This document shows positions 13,990 to 27,094 of a stretch of DNA of 64,000 bases, piece by piece. The notes beneath the pieces were generated by a model that saw only the letters and a list, made by a program, of their open reading frames with translations, was not told the origin of the DNA and searched no databases. The translations under genes and the position numbers were made by a program. Location: contig NC_092565.1 of NCBI RefSeq assembly GCF_037975245.1, positions 23,338,063 to 23,402,062 on the forward strand. Direction: 5' to 3'. The stretch comes from Apostichopus japonicus. Taxonomy: Eukaryota. Each line of letters opens with the position of its first letter. Position 1 is the first letter of the stretch.

Positions 13990-15243
13990 GTAAGCTGCTG
14001 TAAGATTTAATAAGATATTAGGACTGCTCACAAACATACAAAATTGAGATGAAATTGTCACAGAATTTGCCAGATGCTTCATTATATTTTGCATTTATGT
14101 TTCATCCAGTTATTAAAGTATAACTAGAAAATTCAAAACCTTTAAATATTAAAGCTCTTTACTGGCCTAGAATTTTCAAAACTTTACTCATTTGCTACAA
14201 AATGCCAGTAAATCTAGTGGCTATACCAAGTTCTGACTGAATTATAGTACATATTAGTTACGTACTTACGGTAGATGGAGGCATTTAAGAGCAACCCAAT
14301 GATATGTGCTGATACGAGCAGTCGTATGGGAGGCTTACATTAGGAACAGAAATCATGCCGATTCTTTGACTGGCGGTTGTTAGTTGACTTACCATGTGTT
14401 TAAGTTCTTTATGTCTACTGGCAGGAAATTAGCAGTGCCTTTGTTACCCTATTTGCAAATGGTAAAAAGGCCACAGCACTGTAGCCTGAAAATAGCCAAA
14501 ATTTCCTTTAAGTTGGTTGAAAAAGAGATAGTCAGGAATGGCAAACTAAGGTCAAATTTGGGTCTAATTAACACTGATATTTGGGCATAAAATACATAGT
14601 TTGTGCAACAGCAATCACTATAATTATGACTGGCTTTTGCTAAGCTGAAATGTGTATAGCTGGTACAATAAACCATGATTATGTTTATTGGGGAGAAGAA
14701 ATATGACGATACATGGACATGAAAATTCACATGGCAACAATCTCACTATTTTTATTGAGGTCAGGGATCTTGTTTAAGAATAATATGTATTTCCACTGAA
14801 CTGAAAGCACAAAATGAATTCAGCAAACTACTGTACCTTGGATAGTGCAGAATTTTAATGTTACATATATATTTATTTGTGACTTCAAACACAATTTGTA
14901 TACAGAAATTATCATTCAAAGGAGACATAATGAACTAATATTTGCCTTTTTTATTAACCACGCATTATCCAATATTGGTTTTGATTATACCTTTATTACA
15001 CAAACCTAGCTTTTAGTTTCCTATCATCATCAAAATCCCTTGTTTTTGCTGAAATAATTTGTTATGACTACAAAATACCATCAAGTATTAAAGGGACATA
15101 AAGTGCGGGAAAATGTGGCAGAAAACTATTTTTGGGGGAAACAGTCAATGTTGACCACTGGAATGTCCCTTTAAATTGTCAGTAGAATGACAAGTTATAT
15201 TCTCATCTATAAATTCTCCAATCTACCTTCTCTCTTCTCTCAG

Positions 15244-15398
15244 GTGCATTTGTGGCTGGTCTTGATGCCGGTCTCGTCTACAATTCATTTCCAAAAATGG
15301 CTGACAGATGGATTCCATCTGACATCATGAATTTTTCACCAAAATGGAAGAATATATTTGAAAACCCGACCACAGTGCAATTTAATCACAGAATATTG
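15244..15398 (+). CDS. COX15: COX15 exon 7 ([52 protein letters not shown])
   Basis: The acceptor is ctctcag|GT and the donor is TTG|GTAAGT. It is almost identical to human [32 protein letters not shown]…VFENPTMVQFDHRIL. Confidence 0.9.
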
Positions 15399-15699
15399 GT
15401 AAGTGTCATTGGTTCATCCTGACTTCCTGTTCACAACTTTATTGATTTTCCATCGTTTGTCTTGATTTATTCTATTTTGCTTGAGCTTTATTCCATCTGA
15501 CATCTTGAAGTTGTTTTCAATAATGGAAGCACATATCTTCAAATTCATACTGTACAGTAGTATTATTAAAGACGAACAAATGACAAGATTAACTGATCTT
15601 CTACATTATTGATTTAAAATTCATATATAATTTTCTTAATATAACTGTTCCTACAATGAAACAGATGACATTTTAGGCACCTGGTGTATCCTTTACTTT

Positions 15700-16140
15700 A
15701 TGGCCCACTTTTCAAATTCAACCACAGAATGCAGCCAACATAACTTGCTCTTTCTGGCTTTCTTCAACTTGCATTTAATAGTGATGGATGTGTTAAAACC
15801 ACTCACCTTTACCAGATATATTTCCACTTAAGTATTTCATCACCTAGACTACCATCACCTAGACTACCATCACCTAGACTACCATCACCTAGACTACCAT
15901 AGTGAAGCTTTTACAGACCAGACTGTAGCAAATTCAACCAGAGAATGCAGCCTTACATAACTAGCTCTTTCTGGCTTTCTTCAACTTGCATTGATGATGG
16001 ATGTGTTAAGATCACTCACTTTTACAAGATATATTTCCACTTAAGTATTTATCACCTAGACTACCATCACCTAGGCTACCATCACCTAGACTACCATCAC
16101 CTAGACTACCATCACCTAGGCTACCATAGCCTTAGAGCTG
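15700..16140. repeat. About 220-bp tandem duplication in COX15 intron 7; each copy ends in a 15-bp minisatellite (cacctagactaccat)4-5
   Basis: 15706-15900 matches 15931-16130 (…gaatgcagcc..acataact.gctctttctggctttcttcaacttgcatt…atcacctagactaccatcacctag…). Confidence 0.8.
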
Positions 16141-16199
16141 ATATTTTTTATTTGTCTGTCTTTGAAACTATTAACTATTACATATTCATCTTATTTCAG

Positions 16200-16313
16200 G
16201 GAGTGAGTACAGCGAGTGCAGTCACAGCATTGTGGATTCTAGCGAGGAGGGTGCCCTTACCTGCTAGAGCCAGTCTTGCCATGAACTGCATGCTGGGAAT
16301 GGTAGCAGTACAG
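16200..16313 (+). CDS. COX15: COX15 exon 8 (GVSTASAVTALWILARRVPLPARASLAMNCMLGMVAVQ)
   Basis: The acceptor is ttatttcag|GGA and the donor is CAG|GTAATT. It matches human [29 protein letters not shown]…. The ORF-track entry 15945-16490 reads through the upstream intronic minisatellite into this exon. Confidence 0.9.
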
Positions 16314-16798
16314 GTAATTAGGAGATGTTTCTTATTGCTTCTATTTTGGAATGCTTTGTTATTGAAACTTAGCTTGACATTAAAGCGTTATCCCGCACAA
16401 GTGTACCCTTTTTGTGTCTTGTTGGATATAAACAAAGGCAGCTGGATCACCCCATTAAGTTTTTCACCAATTACTTACAATCATTGTTAGACACTGCCAG
16501 TGGCACCACCTTGAAATGGAAATATAATTTAACTTACATCAATATGCTCAAGTTTTTCACAAAAACATGTTTTACATCAAATGCTAAATTCTGCATAAAT
16601 TCCCGAAAAGGCATTTTCAAAGTTTTCCCCTTTTTTGTTTAAATTCAATAGAAACTAATGACAACATTTGACCTAGCAGTACAGTCTTTGTGTCATTATT
16701 ATACAATGTCTTCGAAATTTATGATCTCGTTATTCACTGTCACAGAGTGACAGTAACCGTCGACCCTCTCTGTGAGTGTCCTAGTTGTTGCGAACCAG

Positions 16799-17076
16799 GC
16801 GCGTAGCCAGGAATTTGCCAAGGGAGGGGGGAAAATGTAGGCAAACTATCAGAGCCGCAGATACAGCATTGCAACTATCTAAGCGTAGCCCCACCATGGT
16901 TGGCGTGAAGTGTACAAGAAAATTTTGGCTGAAAATGCCTCCCAGATTGCTGGAAACAGCACTTCCCAGGCCTTGTAAGTTGCATATATATCATAAAAAC
17001 TTTAATAAATTTTTTTAAAATATGCTCAAGGGGGAGCGGCTGCCCCCTTCGCCCCCCCCCCTTGGCTACGCGCCTG
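16799..17076. mobile_element. hAT-like MITE (278 bp) in COX15 intron 8, with terminal inverted repeats CAGGCGCGTAGCC…GGCTACGCGCCTG and an 8-bp TSD ttgcgaac/ttgcaaac
   Basis: Perfect 13-bp TIRs begin with CAG and end with CTG. An imperfect 8-bp direct repeat flanks them (16791-16798 and 17077-17084). The interior is AT-rich and non-coding. It contains the motif ctatctaagcgtagccccaccatggttggcgtgaagtgtaca, which is shared with the element at 31768-32163 and with the repeats at 27100-27610. Confidence 0.6.
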
Positions 17077-17568
17077 TTGCAAACAATCGAAGGTGTTCCC
17101 ATGACCAAAGAAATATTCACCAGCTCAGGACTGATATGCTGGATGTCCCAATTTGTTATAGAGAATTCATTGTGTTATGAAGACCAAGTTCATTATCAGA
17201 ATTAGCCATTTGTACTGTTGTAGCAAGTTTATTTAACTGATATCTGGGTATTAATAGTTTATCATTTGCTGCTGAGTACCTCGCAAATTATCTGAGTTTC
17301 GGACTTTGTGGCTTTATAAAATTTAAGGTAAACAAATCAGATAAACTTCACTCTGCATATACAAGACTCATTAGCCTAGGATTCAAGCCATGCAGAAACT
17401 TATCTCAAAAGCTTAAGATTGCTGTTAGAATTCACACCATCCTGCATTTGAGATGAATCCAAGAAGCCTTCAAGAATCTTATCATGATCTTTTTTCCCCG
17501 CTAAACTAGAAGTAAACCATTTAACATATTTTATTTCCAATACTTACTTTATGAATTTTCTTAAACAG

Positions 17569-17700
17569 ATCACACTTGGCATATCAACATTGCTTCTCTA
17601 TGTACCAACCAGCTTGGCAGCAGCCCACCAGTCTGGCTCCCTCACTTTATTATCTATAGCTCTCTGGTTTGCACATGAGCTCAGGAAAATCCCAAAGTAA
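17569..17700 (+). CDS. COX15: COX15 terminal exon (ITLGISTLLLYVPTSLAAAHQSGSLTLLSIALWFAHELRKIPK*)
   Basis: The acceptor is cttaaacag|ATC and a TAA stop sits at 17698-17700. It matches human VGLGISTLLMYVPTPLAATHQSGSLALLTGALWLMNELRRVPK. Confidence 0.85.
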   Translation: MTLGISTLLLYVPTSLAAAHQSGSLTLLSIALWFAHELRKIPK

Positions 17701-17886
17701 AATAAGTCAAAACATGAAAAGAGATAGAGGGGCTTGCATGGGCGGGGGAGGGGGAAGGGGTGGCTGTTTGAGGAATCAGAAGGGGAGGACTTAATGTATA
17801 ATTCTAGAAGCTCTTAAACAGTTCACATTTTTTTCCTGTGATGAAAATGCTGTAACTTCATTAAACATGTTCCTTATTTATTATTC

Positions 17887-18260
17887 TTTTTTTTGGGGGG
17901 GGGGAGGTGCTATAATGAAAGTGTCCTGTAATCATGTTTTGTAGCATTGGTTTTGGAGATTGTTCATTCCATGATTCTTACTATGCAGGTCGGTGTTTGT
18001 AGCACAAGGGTCAAGTTATAAGAGGGCAATGGTAACAGGTTCCACTTACTTGTACGTACAGGAGGGGCAGGACAGGGGGGGGGGCTACAATGAAAGTGTC
18101 CTGTAATCATGTTATGTAGCATTGGTTTTGGAGATGGTTCATTCCATGATTCTTACTGTGCAGGTCTGTGTTTGTAGCTCAACATCAAGTTATGAGAGGG
18201 CAATGGTAACAGGTTCCACTTACTTATACGTACAGGAGGGGCAGGACGGGGTGCATGGCA
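17887..18260. repeat. About 187-bp tandem repeat x2 downstream of COX15
   Basis: …gctataatgaaagtgtcctgtaatcatgttttgtagcattggttttggagattgttcattccatgattcttact…ggaggggcaggacagggggggggg repeated at 18076 onward at about 92% identity. Confidence 0.75.
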
Positions 18261-20152
18261 TACACACCCATTATAAACCATAGACTGTTTTCTTGTTCAA
18301 AACATGTCAATTTCGAAAGTAAAATACTCAAGGTATGCAAATCATTGTAATTAATCTGGAATACAAAGATCATGTAGTTAATGTATACACAACATGCCAA
18401 AAGGAAAATTCTAGATTTTTTTTAAGGTGGTGTTCTACATTCCTTCACACTGTTTTTTGCTTAGACTACAGAAATCCTATTTTCTATTCAGCCCCCTTTT
18501 CACCCCTCTGCCTGCTCCCTCATCCCTCTCTTCTACCCTGTTACTCAAGTATTCCATGGGTGACAGGTTATTTAAAAATTGTCAAAAGTCCTCCGATCTC
18601 TTTTCACCAGATGTTAGAAGAGGGCTGAAGCAGACAATTAAGACTAGAGTAGGTGAAGCCAATAGTCTCCAGAGGTGATACAAGAGTTAAAAAGTTTGAT
18701 CATAGCTGACCAATTTTGGTCTATCTGGCGTATTTGCTATATTAGCAAAATCCTCATAGTAAATTTTTACTTTTGCTGTGTTTTCTATACTTGATAGGGA
18801 CACCCAAGTGTACAATTTTCTTTCTTTCATCAGCATGGGAAGTAGAAGTATACTGATTCTAATTTAACCTGTCTGATGTATAACAGGTTATAGAAGATAC
18901 TTCAATTGCAATGAAGGCATGTCCTCTATTTCTTGTGTCTGCATTGAGCAAGTCGGCCATTTCTCATGTCTGTTAATAACTCAAAACGTAGATGAAAACA
19001 ATGATAGACAACAAAACAGACTCTGCTATTGTTCTTTCTTTTATTTCATGTTTTTTATCATTTAAGATATTATTTCATTGCTCGATCATTTCTTAAAGAA
19101 AGAGAAGTACAAAAACAGAGACATATGAAGTATGATAATCCCATCATGAGGGTGATCGATGTACAACACAATGAGTTGAAAAAATATTAATCAAATTTAA
19201 GAATGATTGAAAGTCTTTATGGAAGACGTCCCCTGATCCAAATTAGCATATCCTCTGTCTAGTGCCTAAAATATTATAACTTTAAAAGCTGCTTTTCTTT
19301 GAATTAATATATTACATGCATAATCATAATCAATAATGAACCATCTATAAAAGGAAGCCCAATGCCCCCCCCCCCCCTTAAAAAAAAAACCATTCTTTTG
19401 TTGTTACTGGACCACTTCTGTAGCAAGAACAATTGGTAGGAAATATGGTACTAGACCACTGTAGACTCAATGCAGAAGATAGTTGTATGAGAAACACTAA
19501 ATATATAATGACTATATGTAGCTGTCACTTTCACAAACTAAGTTTAAAGAGAATATGACTTTACAGCAAAATTATGAAAACCTGTCAAATAGTTACAAAA
19601 TCTTATAAAATTTTAATGTTAACTATGGACAGTAAACTTCTAAAAGTTTTCATAGCAATATGTCCACAGGAAAAATAGTAGCTCAGACCTTTGATTGAAC
19701 TTTGATCACATCAAGTAGAAGTTACTGTATGTAAAGGTTAAGTGAAAAGATTTCCACAAAAATAAAAATTACCACGTTCTTCAACAAAACTTTGGTCCCA
19801 TCAAGCTAAAGATTCATTTAGCTTCACTGCAAACTGTACATCCCTTCAATTAAACATTTGCACACAACATAGTCATTTCAACCCCTGACAGATGAAAACT
19901 TAAAATTATCAGTTTCTGAAAATGAATACCAACATGCCAAGTACAATAAATGAGTTAAGTAATATTGATCAGTAAATCCGAGTAGCATACTGTGTAATGA
20001 GTTCAATTCTTGTTAGAAAACGTATTTTCTCAGAGATCAGACTTTATTTTCTTTTTCAAAATCTCTTCTAATCCAAACCGACAATCACTAAATTACTGTA
20101 CTATGAAGTGTGCACATCAGCACACTGCCCTCTCCCTCCTTTTCTTCCCGTA

Positions 20153-20743
20153 CTACATGGGTAATGATTGCATGAAATCCTTCACTGCATCGCCGATCTC
20201 AATTGGAGCATCCTCTTGCAGAAAGTGAAGACCTTTAACCTTGACAACTCTCTGGTATGGCCAGTCTTTTGTCTGCTTTCGCAATCCCGCACTGAAGAAA
20301 CCAGGTTGTCCATCGATAAACATTTTTGGAAAGTCCTTCGACTCGGACAACCATTTGGTATAGGCATCGACTATTTCCACCACATTCTGCGGTCCCGTAT
20401 CACGGAAGGGTATTTGGCGTGGCCATGTTAACGTGGGACGACGCGATTCCCCGACTTCTCTGAAAGGTTCAAGGTACGCATCCATTTCCACTGGATCTAA
20501 CTCTCTCAGGATTGCGTTTGGTAGAAGACGCTCCACAAAGAAGTTCTTCTTGAGGACCATTTCTTCTCCTGCTTCAGATCTCAAAGATCCAAAGATATCT
20601 CTAGAGATATCAGGAAAACTCTTTAAGCTCTTAGCAACTCCAATAACGCCCTCAAAATAGACAACACCTTCCACTTTCTGTTGGTTCTGATGAAGCCAGT
20701 GGAGACCTAAACCTGAGCCCCAATCATGACAGATTATTGTAAT
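20153..20743 (-). CDS. Renilla-luciferase-like protein, copy A, exon 2 (ITIICHDWGSGLGLHW…KGLHFLQEDAPIEIGDAVKDFMQSLPM*)
   Basis: The acceptor cag|ATT is on the minus strand (exon starts at 20743) and a TAG stop is at 20153-20155. The exon carries a catalytic-triad-equivalent Asp in HDWG, Glu in VYFEGV and His in GLHFLQEDAP. These correspond to RLuc D120/E144/H285, with Trp after the Asp. Together with exon 1 it gives a 305-aa protein (RLuc is 311 aa). Confidence 0.85.
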   Translation of the reverse strand: MTIICHDWGSGLGLHWLHQNQQKVEGVVYFEGVIGVAKSLKSFPDISRDIFGSLRSEAGEEMVLKKNFFVERLLPNAILRELDPVEMDAYLEPFREVGESRRPTLTWPRQIPFRDTGPQNVVEIVDAYTKWLSESKDFPKMFIDGQPGFFSAGLRKQTKDWPYQRVVKVKGLHFLQEDAPIEIGDAVKDFMQSLPM

Positions 20744-21537
20744 CTGAAGAAAAAAAATCAAGAAAGAAAGAAAGGTCTTTGGAAGTCTTTTCCTAAACTT
20801 GAAGGTCAGGAACCCTGATTTTGGAGGGGGGGGGGGGGGAGGAGTCAACTGATATAAACTGAGCACTGTTGAAATGGCTGCACCATGTTTGAGTGAAAAT
20901 CTTGGCTGTGAAAACTATTGGGGGGAGGGGACAGGAATAGTCCCCTGGCCACCAACATGTAAAATACTTACAATTGCATTTTGTATAAACATACATGACA
21001 GAAGTTGTGCTATCATTGTTTGAGCTACATTTCCTGGGATTATGTGGTCATTCTAGTGGTAAAGGCTTACACATTGAAATTTTCAGAAATATTGACAAAT
21101 GTCAAAGTAACACCTTAACTATCTCTGTTAAATCTTAACGGTTAACATAACTTCATGTGGCAAAATTAGAACATGAATGCAAAATAAGCCTACCTTGTTA
21201 TCATCAATTGATAAACACATGAGCTTCGAGGTAACAATTGTTAGAAAGAAACTTATCAACATCTGTGATTGTAGAAGCCTACCTGAAGTCTTCGCCTGTA
21301 AAAATTGTTTATTGCTTCTGCACAATTATAAAGTAAATTTGCTGCATAATTATTTAATGTTAATCCCAAGGGCCTTGATACAGATTGGGGGTGGGTGGCA
21401 GAAGGGGGCAGGAGACCAATGTTTAACCAGTCTAGAAAGTGCCACATATGATGGACACACAAGTCTTGTAATCATGGGACTCTAGCCTAGTACAAGCAGT
21501 TCTGTAAGGAGATATGATACCAAAAACAAGTGCATAC

Positions 21538-21864
21538 CTTATTTTTCAGGTTTAAAGATTCAAACCACTTTGAGAGGTATTTGTACTGGTCATCATAGGT
21601 GTACATCAAGTCAGGGATTTTACTCGACCTTCCCATGCCAATCAAATCAGGTGCCAAACAGCGGGCAAACCCTTCTACTCGTGGAATGATATGTCTCCAC
21701 AGATAGGACGATGTCGGATTCCCATGAAGAAATACTGCTGTTCTCGATGACTTTTCTTGTGTTGGGTCGGAGTCATAGTAGCTCATTTCGCCATCTAAGA
21801 TCTTGACCCGTTTGTGTGTTGACCACCATTGGTCTGCCGTAATCACGGGCGTAGAGGAGCTCAT
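21538..21864 (-). CDS. Renilla-luciferase-like / haloalkane dehalogenase-family protein, copy A, exon 1 (MSSSTPVITADQWWSTHKRVKILDGEMSYYDSDPTQEKSSRTAVFLHGNPTSSYLWRHIIPRVEGFARCLAPDLIGMGRSSK…LNLKNK)
   Basis: The ATG is on the minus strand at 21862-21864. A GTATGC donor follows codon 109 (minus 21537-21536). The translation aligns to the N-terminal roughly 110 aa of Renilla reniformis luciferase (…WWARCKQMNVLDSFINYYDSEKHAENAVIFLHGNAASSYLWRHVVPHIEPVARCIIPDLIGMGKSGK…). This includes the halide-stabilising Asn in the HGN motif. Confidence 0.85.
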
Positions 21865-22379
21865 GTGGTTAGCTGATACGAGGACGACATTATTTCGCAA
21901 ATGAGAGGTCAAAACGTTCAACCGAGAAACATGTTGAAGTCGTTCCATGATTCTAATCATTGTGACAAGATGGTTTCCAATGAATGGAGTAGCAATAGGT
22001 AGCAAGAAATGGTTAATCACACCAGTCTGTAAATATGGACTCGGGACTTTGACCTAGTAGTATTGCTAGTTACATGGTTCCGCACACTCCGTAACGTACC
22101 TGCGTACCCTCGAAATCCCAGTAGTAATTTCTTAATGGCTGCTAGCTTCAAGCCGGTTGACATTTTCCCAACAAAAATGAAATGTTGGTGTAACCATAAA
22201 TATAACAGGGCAAAATTCTAACTAAGAAAAAAATAAGGGCACACTTTGAGATCACAAGCATATACAGCTCTGCACAATCCCTGACCTTAGTAGGTCAACC
22301 TTTAGCTGATGTAAGTTACTGAAATAAGTAACATAAACAAAATTTAAAAATATATAATAAATTACAGCGACAATTACAG

Positions 22380-22625
22380 TTGAGTTCGTGTGCATTCCGT
22401 TTTCATTCTGTTTACGAAAAAGTAGCAACATGCAACCTTGACTGGCAGTTTTCAGCCCGCAAATATAATTACCTTATCACCTCCTTTTGCTTCGCCTCCT
22501 TTTCACCTCAAAACACGACGGTCCGGAAAAATGGGATGCGATCCAAAAGTGGGTCGTACAAAAAGTCGCTAGGTCGACGCGAGACTTTTTCAGACGTCGG
22601 AAAATTACAGCTATAGTTTACGGAG
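22380..22625. promoter_or_regulatory. CpG-dense block (many CG dinucleotides: cgacggtccgg…gggtcgtac…gtcgctaggtcgacgcgag…gacgtcgg…cgccgactcgg) in otherwise CpG-poor DNA, about 0.5 kb upstream of luciferase-like copy A
   Basis: The local CpG density is clearly higher than in the flanks. Its position is consistent with a promoter or CpG-island-like element for the minus-strand gene, but it could equally be a young repeat. This is purely compositional. Confidence 0.25.
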
Positions 22626-25600
22626 CTCGCCGACTCGGAGACTTTTTTTTTAAATTATTTTTGTAATATCAAATACATAGTCCAAGCTAGCTCACATTCA
22701 TATACTGAGCATCAATTCTGATTTGTGTGTATCTGGTATATGAAGAGTCGGATCATGGAAGATCATGTGTATACAAGTTTGCGTACCGCTGACATATTAT
22801 ATATAGGCCTATAACAACTACAATTTCAGTGGCTCGCAAATAACATTTACAGCAGATCCAGAATATATATCGTCTATTATATATAATTTACAAAGAGAAG
22901 GATTACGAAGTATTCTAAAGGCATCGGCCAGACCTTACCGTGCACGAGGCAACCGAGCATAACTCTTGACTGCCCGTACCATGTGCCTTTCTCTTTCATA
23001 AAAAAATAAATTTGTGAAAACCCTGCAAAATGAAATCGTTTTTTTGCAAAACGATGATCCAATATTCGCAAACTTTTGTAAAAAAAAAATGTAAAGAAAA
23101 ACTGCCGCACGACTGATGGTGGCCATGGGGGACATACCCCTTTCCCGAATTTCCGCACGCCATTGACAAGTTGTGTTATTTATTCATCGGACTGAGTTAT
23201 AGCTATTTGATCGAATGGAATTGTAACGGAAAGATTATGTTTCGTAATGAAACCTATAAAGCATGCAGCCACATTTCCTCTTCTTTTTATATACTATATA
23301 TGTGTTTACAAGGACACCGAATTTGAGGAATCTATTTTCTCCATGATGTTTTAGTATAAATTTTGTTCTGTTTATTCATTAAAAGGGGATGAGAAGGAGG
23401 CCCCCAATGACAGATATTTGGTTTCTACGCCCGCCCCCCCCCACCACGGACAGCTGCATCCCTCTCCTTTATGGAGAACTGCAGCTGCAAGTAATGTAGG
23501 CTATAGACGCTTATAAATTTCTGTTTATGCAAAGGAGAGCTTTATCGCAATGAAGGTTAAGCCGACTCGTAAATTAACGTAACTATAAACTTGCCTGCTT
23601 GTCAATCAGTGAAAAATCTCTCCTGTTGCTCGGATCTTAAGTACAATTTCGCTACAATCTCTGTACTCTATAACTCATATATACGAACAAATCAACTGCA
23701 TCCTGAACTCGGGATTAATTTATCTTAAAGCGATTTGATGTAGCCTACGTTTTAAACTATTTAGTTGAATTCTTTGAAGTTGTATAAGATCGAAAGAACA
23801 AACAAACAATAGGGAAGTCAATAGAAGTAGAGCCTTATGTGGTTTCTGTATCAGCTATACCAGGGACGGGATTTGTTGTCTGAAGTTGGAGTGGCAAACC
23901 CGGGGAAGAGGTTTCAGGGGAGAGGGATATATGTTTAGATTTGATTAAGCCCTAGCTTATTCCTTGTACTAGTTGTGTATTTGAAAATCGCCCGCCTCCC
24001 CCTCTGTAATCCCACCACTGGACTATGCTGTAATTCTGTGTGGCCCTCCGTATTCGATGCTTATAGCCTGTGCGAATAAAGTACGCCACTAGTGTCGTTA
24101 AAGGTAGTCAGTATAGGCCCCAAATTATAGCACGCTATATATTTGCTAGAAGTTTTCAAACAGTACTTTCCTGGAGGTCTTTACACTCCAAATTGTTCTC
24201 ATACATTTTTAAGGAACACACAAGATGACCTAGTGAGGAAAGTTTCCTCGAAGGTTGTATTAAAAAAAAGTTTGAGAATTTTGACCAAAGGTGACCATAT
24301 TCGAATATCTAGCATATTTGGGGCCAATACAGCATACCTATAAAAGCCGACGCCTCTGTAAGGTTGTCTGCGTTAAAACAGGGTGAAACCTCAAACTTCA
24401 AATGGTGCAATCCGAGGCATATTTAGACTATAAATATTGTCTATAATTAGGTCTATAAACGAAATGTTGTGCTTATACATACTTCTGAATTTTTGTGTTC
24501 AGGTGAAGGGGGGGGGGGTAGATACCCTACACCGTCCACCCCCTGTTGACGTAGATCCGCGACGTCTGCTATATATAGTAACGCAATTTATCAAACTTCG
24601 AAAACCGACTTCCACCTATAAATTGGACGGTCAAATGAGAAAGCAGTTACCATATAATAACATGCCTTGTACATGATAAAGCATCTCATGAGAAAGTTCA
24701 TGTTTGAGCGTCATGTCTGTAACATTTTGTTTATACACGAGGTCATTTTAGGGCATTCCCTTAGCAACCAGTAGTAACCTGTCAAGGAGACAACTTACAA
24801 TACCGATATAGTCTATAATAACACTACTCGTTCTGTACCTCTGTATAACTGTCATGTAACCTTTTATATCTGCATCTACAAATCACCTTAATAAACTTAT
24901 ATTATAGACTATTCTGTTATCTCTCGACACCTGGCAACATTTCGAGGCATTGGAGACTATATAGGAAAGTGTAACTGTATGTGGCACGTACATAACAATA
25001 TTTTGTTTTATAGAGGGAGGGTGGGTGGGTTGGGGTGGGAGGGTGGGTGGAGGACACACATAAGGCCTTTATCATCTTTAAAGGAAAGATCCCTTGAATA
25101 ATCAATTTTGACGATATCGTTCGATGAATTAATTCCATCCTTTATTTTGCCAAATCTTATTACTAAAGTATAGATTTCGGATCATCTCACTCCAAAATCT
25201 CAAAGTAAGTAATCTCTAATTTGCGAAAACTGGGGCATATGAAATTCCTGTGGCGAGAGGCGCGGGGGGGGGGGGGGGGGCAGCCGGCTATTCATCGGGT
25301 ACCTGTCATGCCCAAGGCGGATGATGGGTATCTGTAGATCCATCTCCGTGGTTTGATCATGGTAGTTTACCCCCGCATTCTACCTCAACAGGAAAACAGA
25401 CGACCACAGTACCCCAAACTCCATCACCCCCCCCCCCCAACCCTCACCGAAAACAGTAACAACAGCTTGGTATACGGTAGTTATACGCAATTGCACTCCA
25501 CCAATAGAGTATAGGCTATATAGCAAAACTTTGAAGCACGACTTTCATCGATACTACCATGGGCGGGATTACGGGGGGGCAAGAGGGGGCACCCCCCCAC

Positions 25601-27094
25601 TTTTTCCCAGACCTTAGTTCACTTTTTTGTCGTTTTTGCAGACAAATGTGCACAACCCTAATCGAAATGATTCCCCCACAACAGCTCTATCAAATAAGCC
25701 TATTTGTTTCGATTGTAAGTCGAATTTGTGTTTAACATCGTAACATGTAGCATGCAGAATAACTGGAGCTGGAGCTAGCCACATGGTTCATAGCACAGGT
25801 TACGAATCCTGGAGCTAACACACTAGCGATTCAATTCTGCATGTGATGAATCCGCGGCATGTGCTACAGTGCTAGCTCCAGAAATGTCTCTCTGATTTTC
25901 AACGTTGCTGCTCTACTGAATGCGTTGAATAACTAAATCCAGAGAAACGATTTACGAAAGCCAGATTTGCATATTGGGTATATCAATAATTAAATTCAAC
26001 ACACTGACACATGACACCCCCCCCCCCCCCGTGTCATTCAACAATATGCAATGGCAATGCCGATGTAATTTCTTTACTGCTCGAAATCCTGGAAGGATGC
26101 ATGCAAATCGAATAATGTAAATTACAAATTGGCACTAACACAGTAACACATTAAATCCATTGTTACAGTATACAGCACTCGGCAGTTTCGGTATGGCCGA
26201 TAAAATAATGTGTGGCTTTGAGTTCCTTTTTCGGATCTATTCTCGATGATGAATGGAAACACTTACGTTTGGTCTTGAACTGAATATGGATTGTGTTCAG
26301 AAGCTGTCACGGCTGAGATGAACATGTTTAATCGAATCTACGCTGCAACTTATCCTACCATGGAAAGCTGTTTCCAAAAGCGCTTAGATTTCTTCCAGAC
26401 ACAAAACCTTAGTCAGAGTATGAGCAATGTTGCATTTCGATTTCGCCTCTTTATGACAACTTGATGAATTCGGCTATACATGCGAAAGGAGCTTCTCCTG
26501 CCTTCGCAGATTAAAAACCTACTTGCGAAACACCACAGGTCAAGAACGACTAAATAGCTTAGCTGTGTTGAACATTGAAAGAACCATCGACGAAGACATC
26601 CATAAAGTCGTTAGTCGATTCGCCACACATGAAAGTGTCAGCGGACGTCGTCTAGCCCTCCATTAACAGTAACATTCAAGTATTTATTATGCATTTCTAT
26701 GTTGCCTGATAATCTGGCAATAGTTCAAACATAATGCTGGTACTGCCAGGTAATAATTTTATTTTCAAAATCTCAGCCAGTACTATGAAATGACCCGTAA
26801 ATATTGCTCCATGTTGCACCTAGTCGCATTGTAAAATCAAAAAAGTCACCCGCCTCGACTTCAGTGGCGACGGAACCGGTGGATTTGAGGGGCTTATTCC
26901 CCATGAAAAAAAATGGGGGGTAAATGTATGTTCAGCCCCCAATATTTGCCAAGTGCTCCAAGAAGTGGGGACCGCGGGGAGAATTTCGAAGTGGGTGCTG
27001 AACATATTCTTGATCGGTCCAATGCACAATATAGTAATAATTTTAGGGGGAAAGAACTGTCTAGATGCGATTTATTGTTACCAGAGGTGTCATT

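Noticed and set aside
15945-16490. 181-aa ORF (…HLDYHHLGYHHLDYHH…GVSTASAVTALWILARR…)
   Set aside because: It is a read-through from an intronic 15-bp minisatellite into COX15 exon 8 and on past its donor. Only 16200-16313 is coding.
16785-17120. ORFs 16785-17018 (+) and 16875-17120 (-)
   Set aside because: They lie entirely inside the 278-bp MITE.
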